Positions 8,297 through 8,410 of a stretch of 8,410 nucleotides of DNA are shown in pieces. The notes beneath the pieces are model-generated. The model was not told the DNA's origin and made no database searches. It worked only from the letters and a program-made list of their open reading frames with translations. Origin of the DNA: a virus (taxonomy: Duplodnaviria > Heunggongvirae > Uroviricota > Caudoviricetes); the IMG/VR virus record IMGVR_UViG_2684622543_000010; one strand, written 5' to 3'. Within the stretch, counting starts at the first letter, position 1. Each line of letters opens with the position of its first letter. Both the position numbers and the translations under genes were made by a program.

Positions 8297-8323
8297 TTGA
8301 CAAGGTTTACTCTCTTTTAAGAT
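8297..8323 (+). promoter_or_regulatory. Candidate sigma70-type promoter reading rightward out of the window, overlapping the left arm of the inverted repeat
   Basis: Perfect -35 TTGACA (8297-8302), 15-bp spacer, -10 TAAGAT (8318-8323). The spacer is short, so this is weak evidence. Confidence 0.2.
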
Positions 8324-8389
8324 AAGAGATACTTAACAGGCTTTCTAAACGGATATCCTTTCTGGAATATCTATCTCTTATCTTAAAAG
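8314..8389. repeat. 18-bp perfect inverted repeat (CTTTTAAGATAAGAGATA / TATCTCTTATCTTAAAAG) with a 40-bp spacer containing the palindrome GGATATCC
   Basis: Seen directly: arms at 8314-8331 and 8372-8389 are exact reverse complements; spacer 8332-8371 contains GGATATCC (8351-8358) flanked by two CTTTCT copies. Lies 48-123 bp upstream of the methylase-HTH start codon. Confidence 0.85.
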
Positions 8390-8410
8390 TCTTTACAGAT
8401 ACTTTAAAGA

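Overview
AT-rich, phage- or prophage-like segment with almost all genes on the minus strand. From right to left: (i) a Dam-family N6-adenine methyltransferase homolog with an unusual C-terminal resolvase-type HTH extension (7604-8266); (ii) a replication-initiator-like winged-HTH gene interrupted by a 263-nt N-run, plus a coupled 98-aa ORF; (iii) a translationally coupled operon of four small unidentified genes, headed by a candidate RHH-type regulator and ending in a 25-codon hydrophobic micro-ORF; (iv) a tail module with a 726-aa tape measure protein followed by a frameshift-disrupted gene. One small membrane-protein gene sits alone on the plus strand behind its own promoter-like element. 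Most striking: by manual scan, GATC occurs only five times in the window, all inside a ~23-bp tandem repeat array at the left edge (TGATCG cores), while the window also encodes a Dam-like methylase whose catalytic tetrapeptide reads NLPY instead of NPPY. An 18-bp perfect inverted repeat lies just upstream of the methylase-HTH gene. No rRNA, tRNA or CRISPR array was recognised. All protein family calls are from motif recognition by eye, not database searches.
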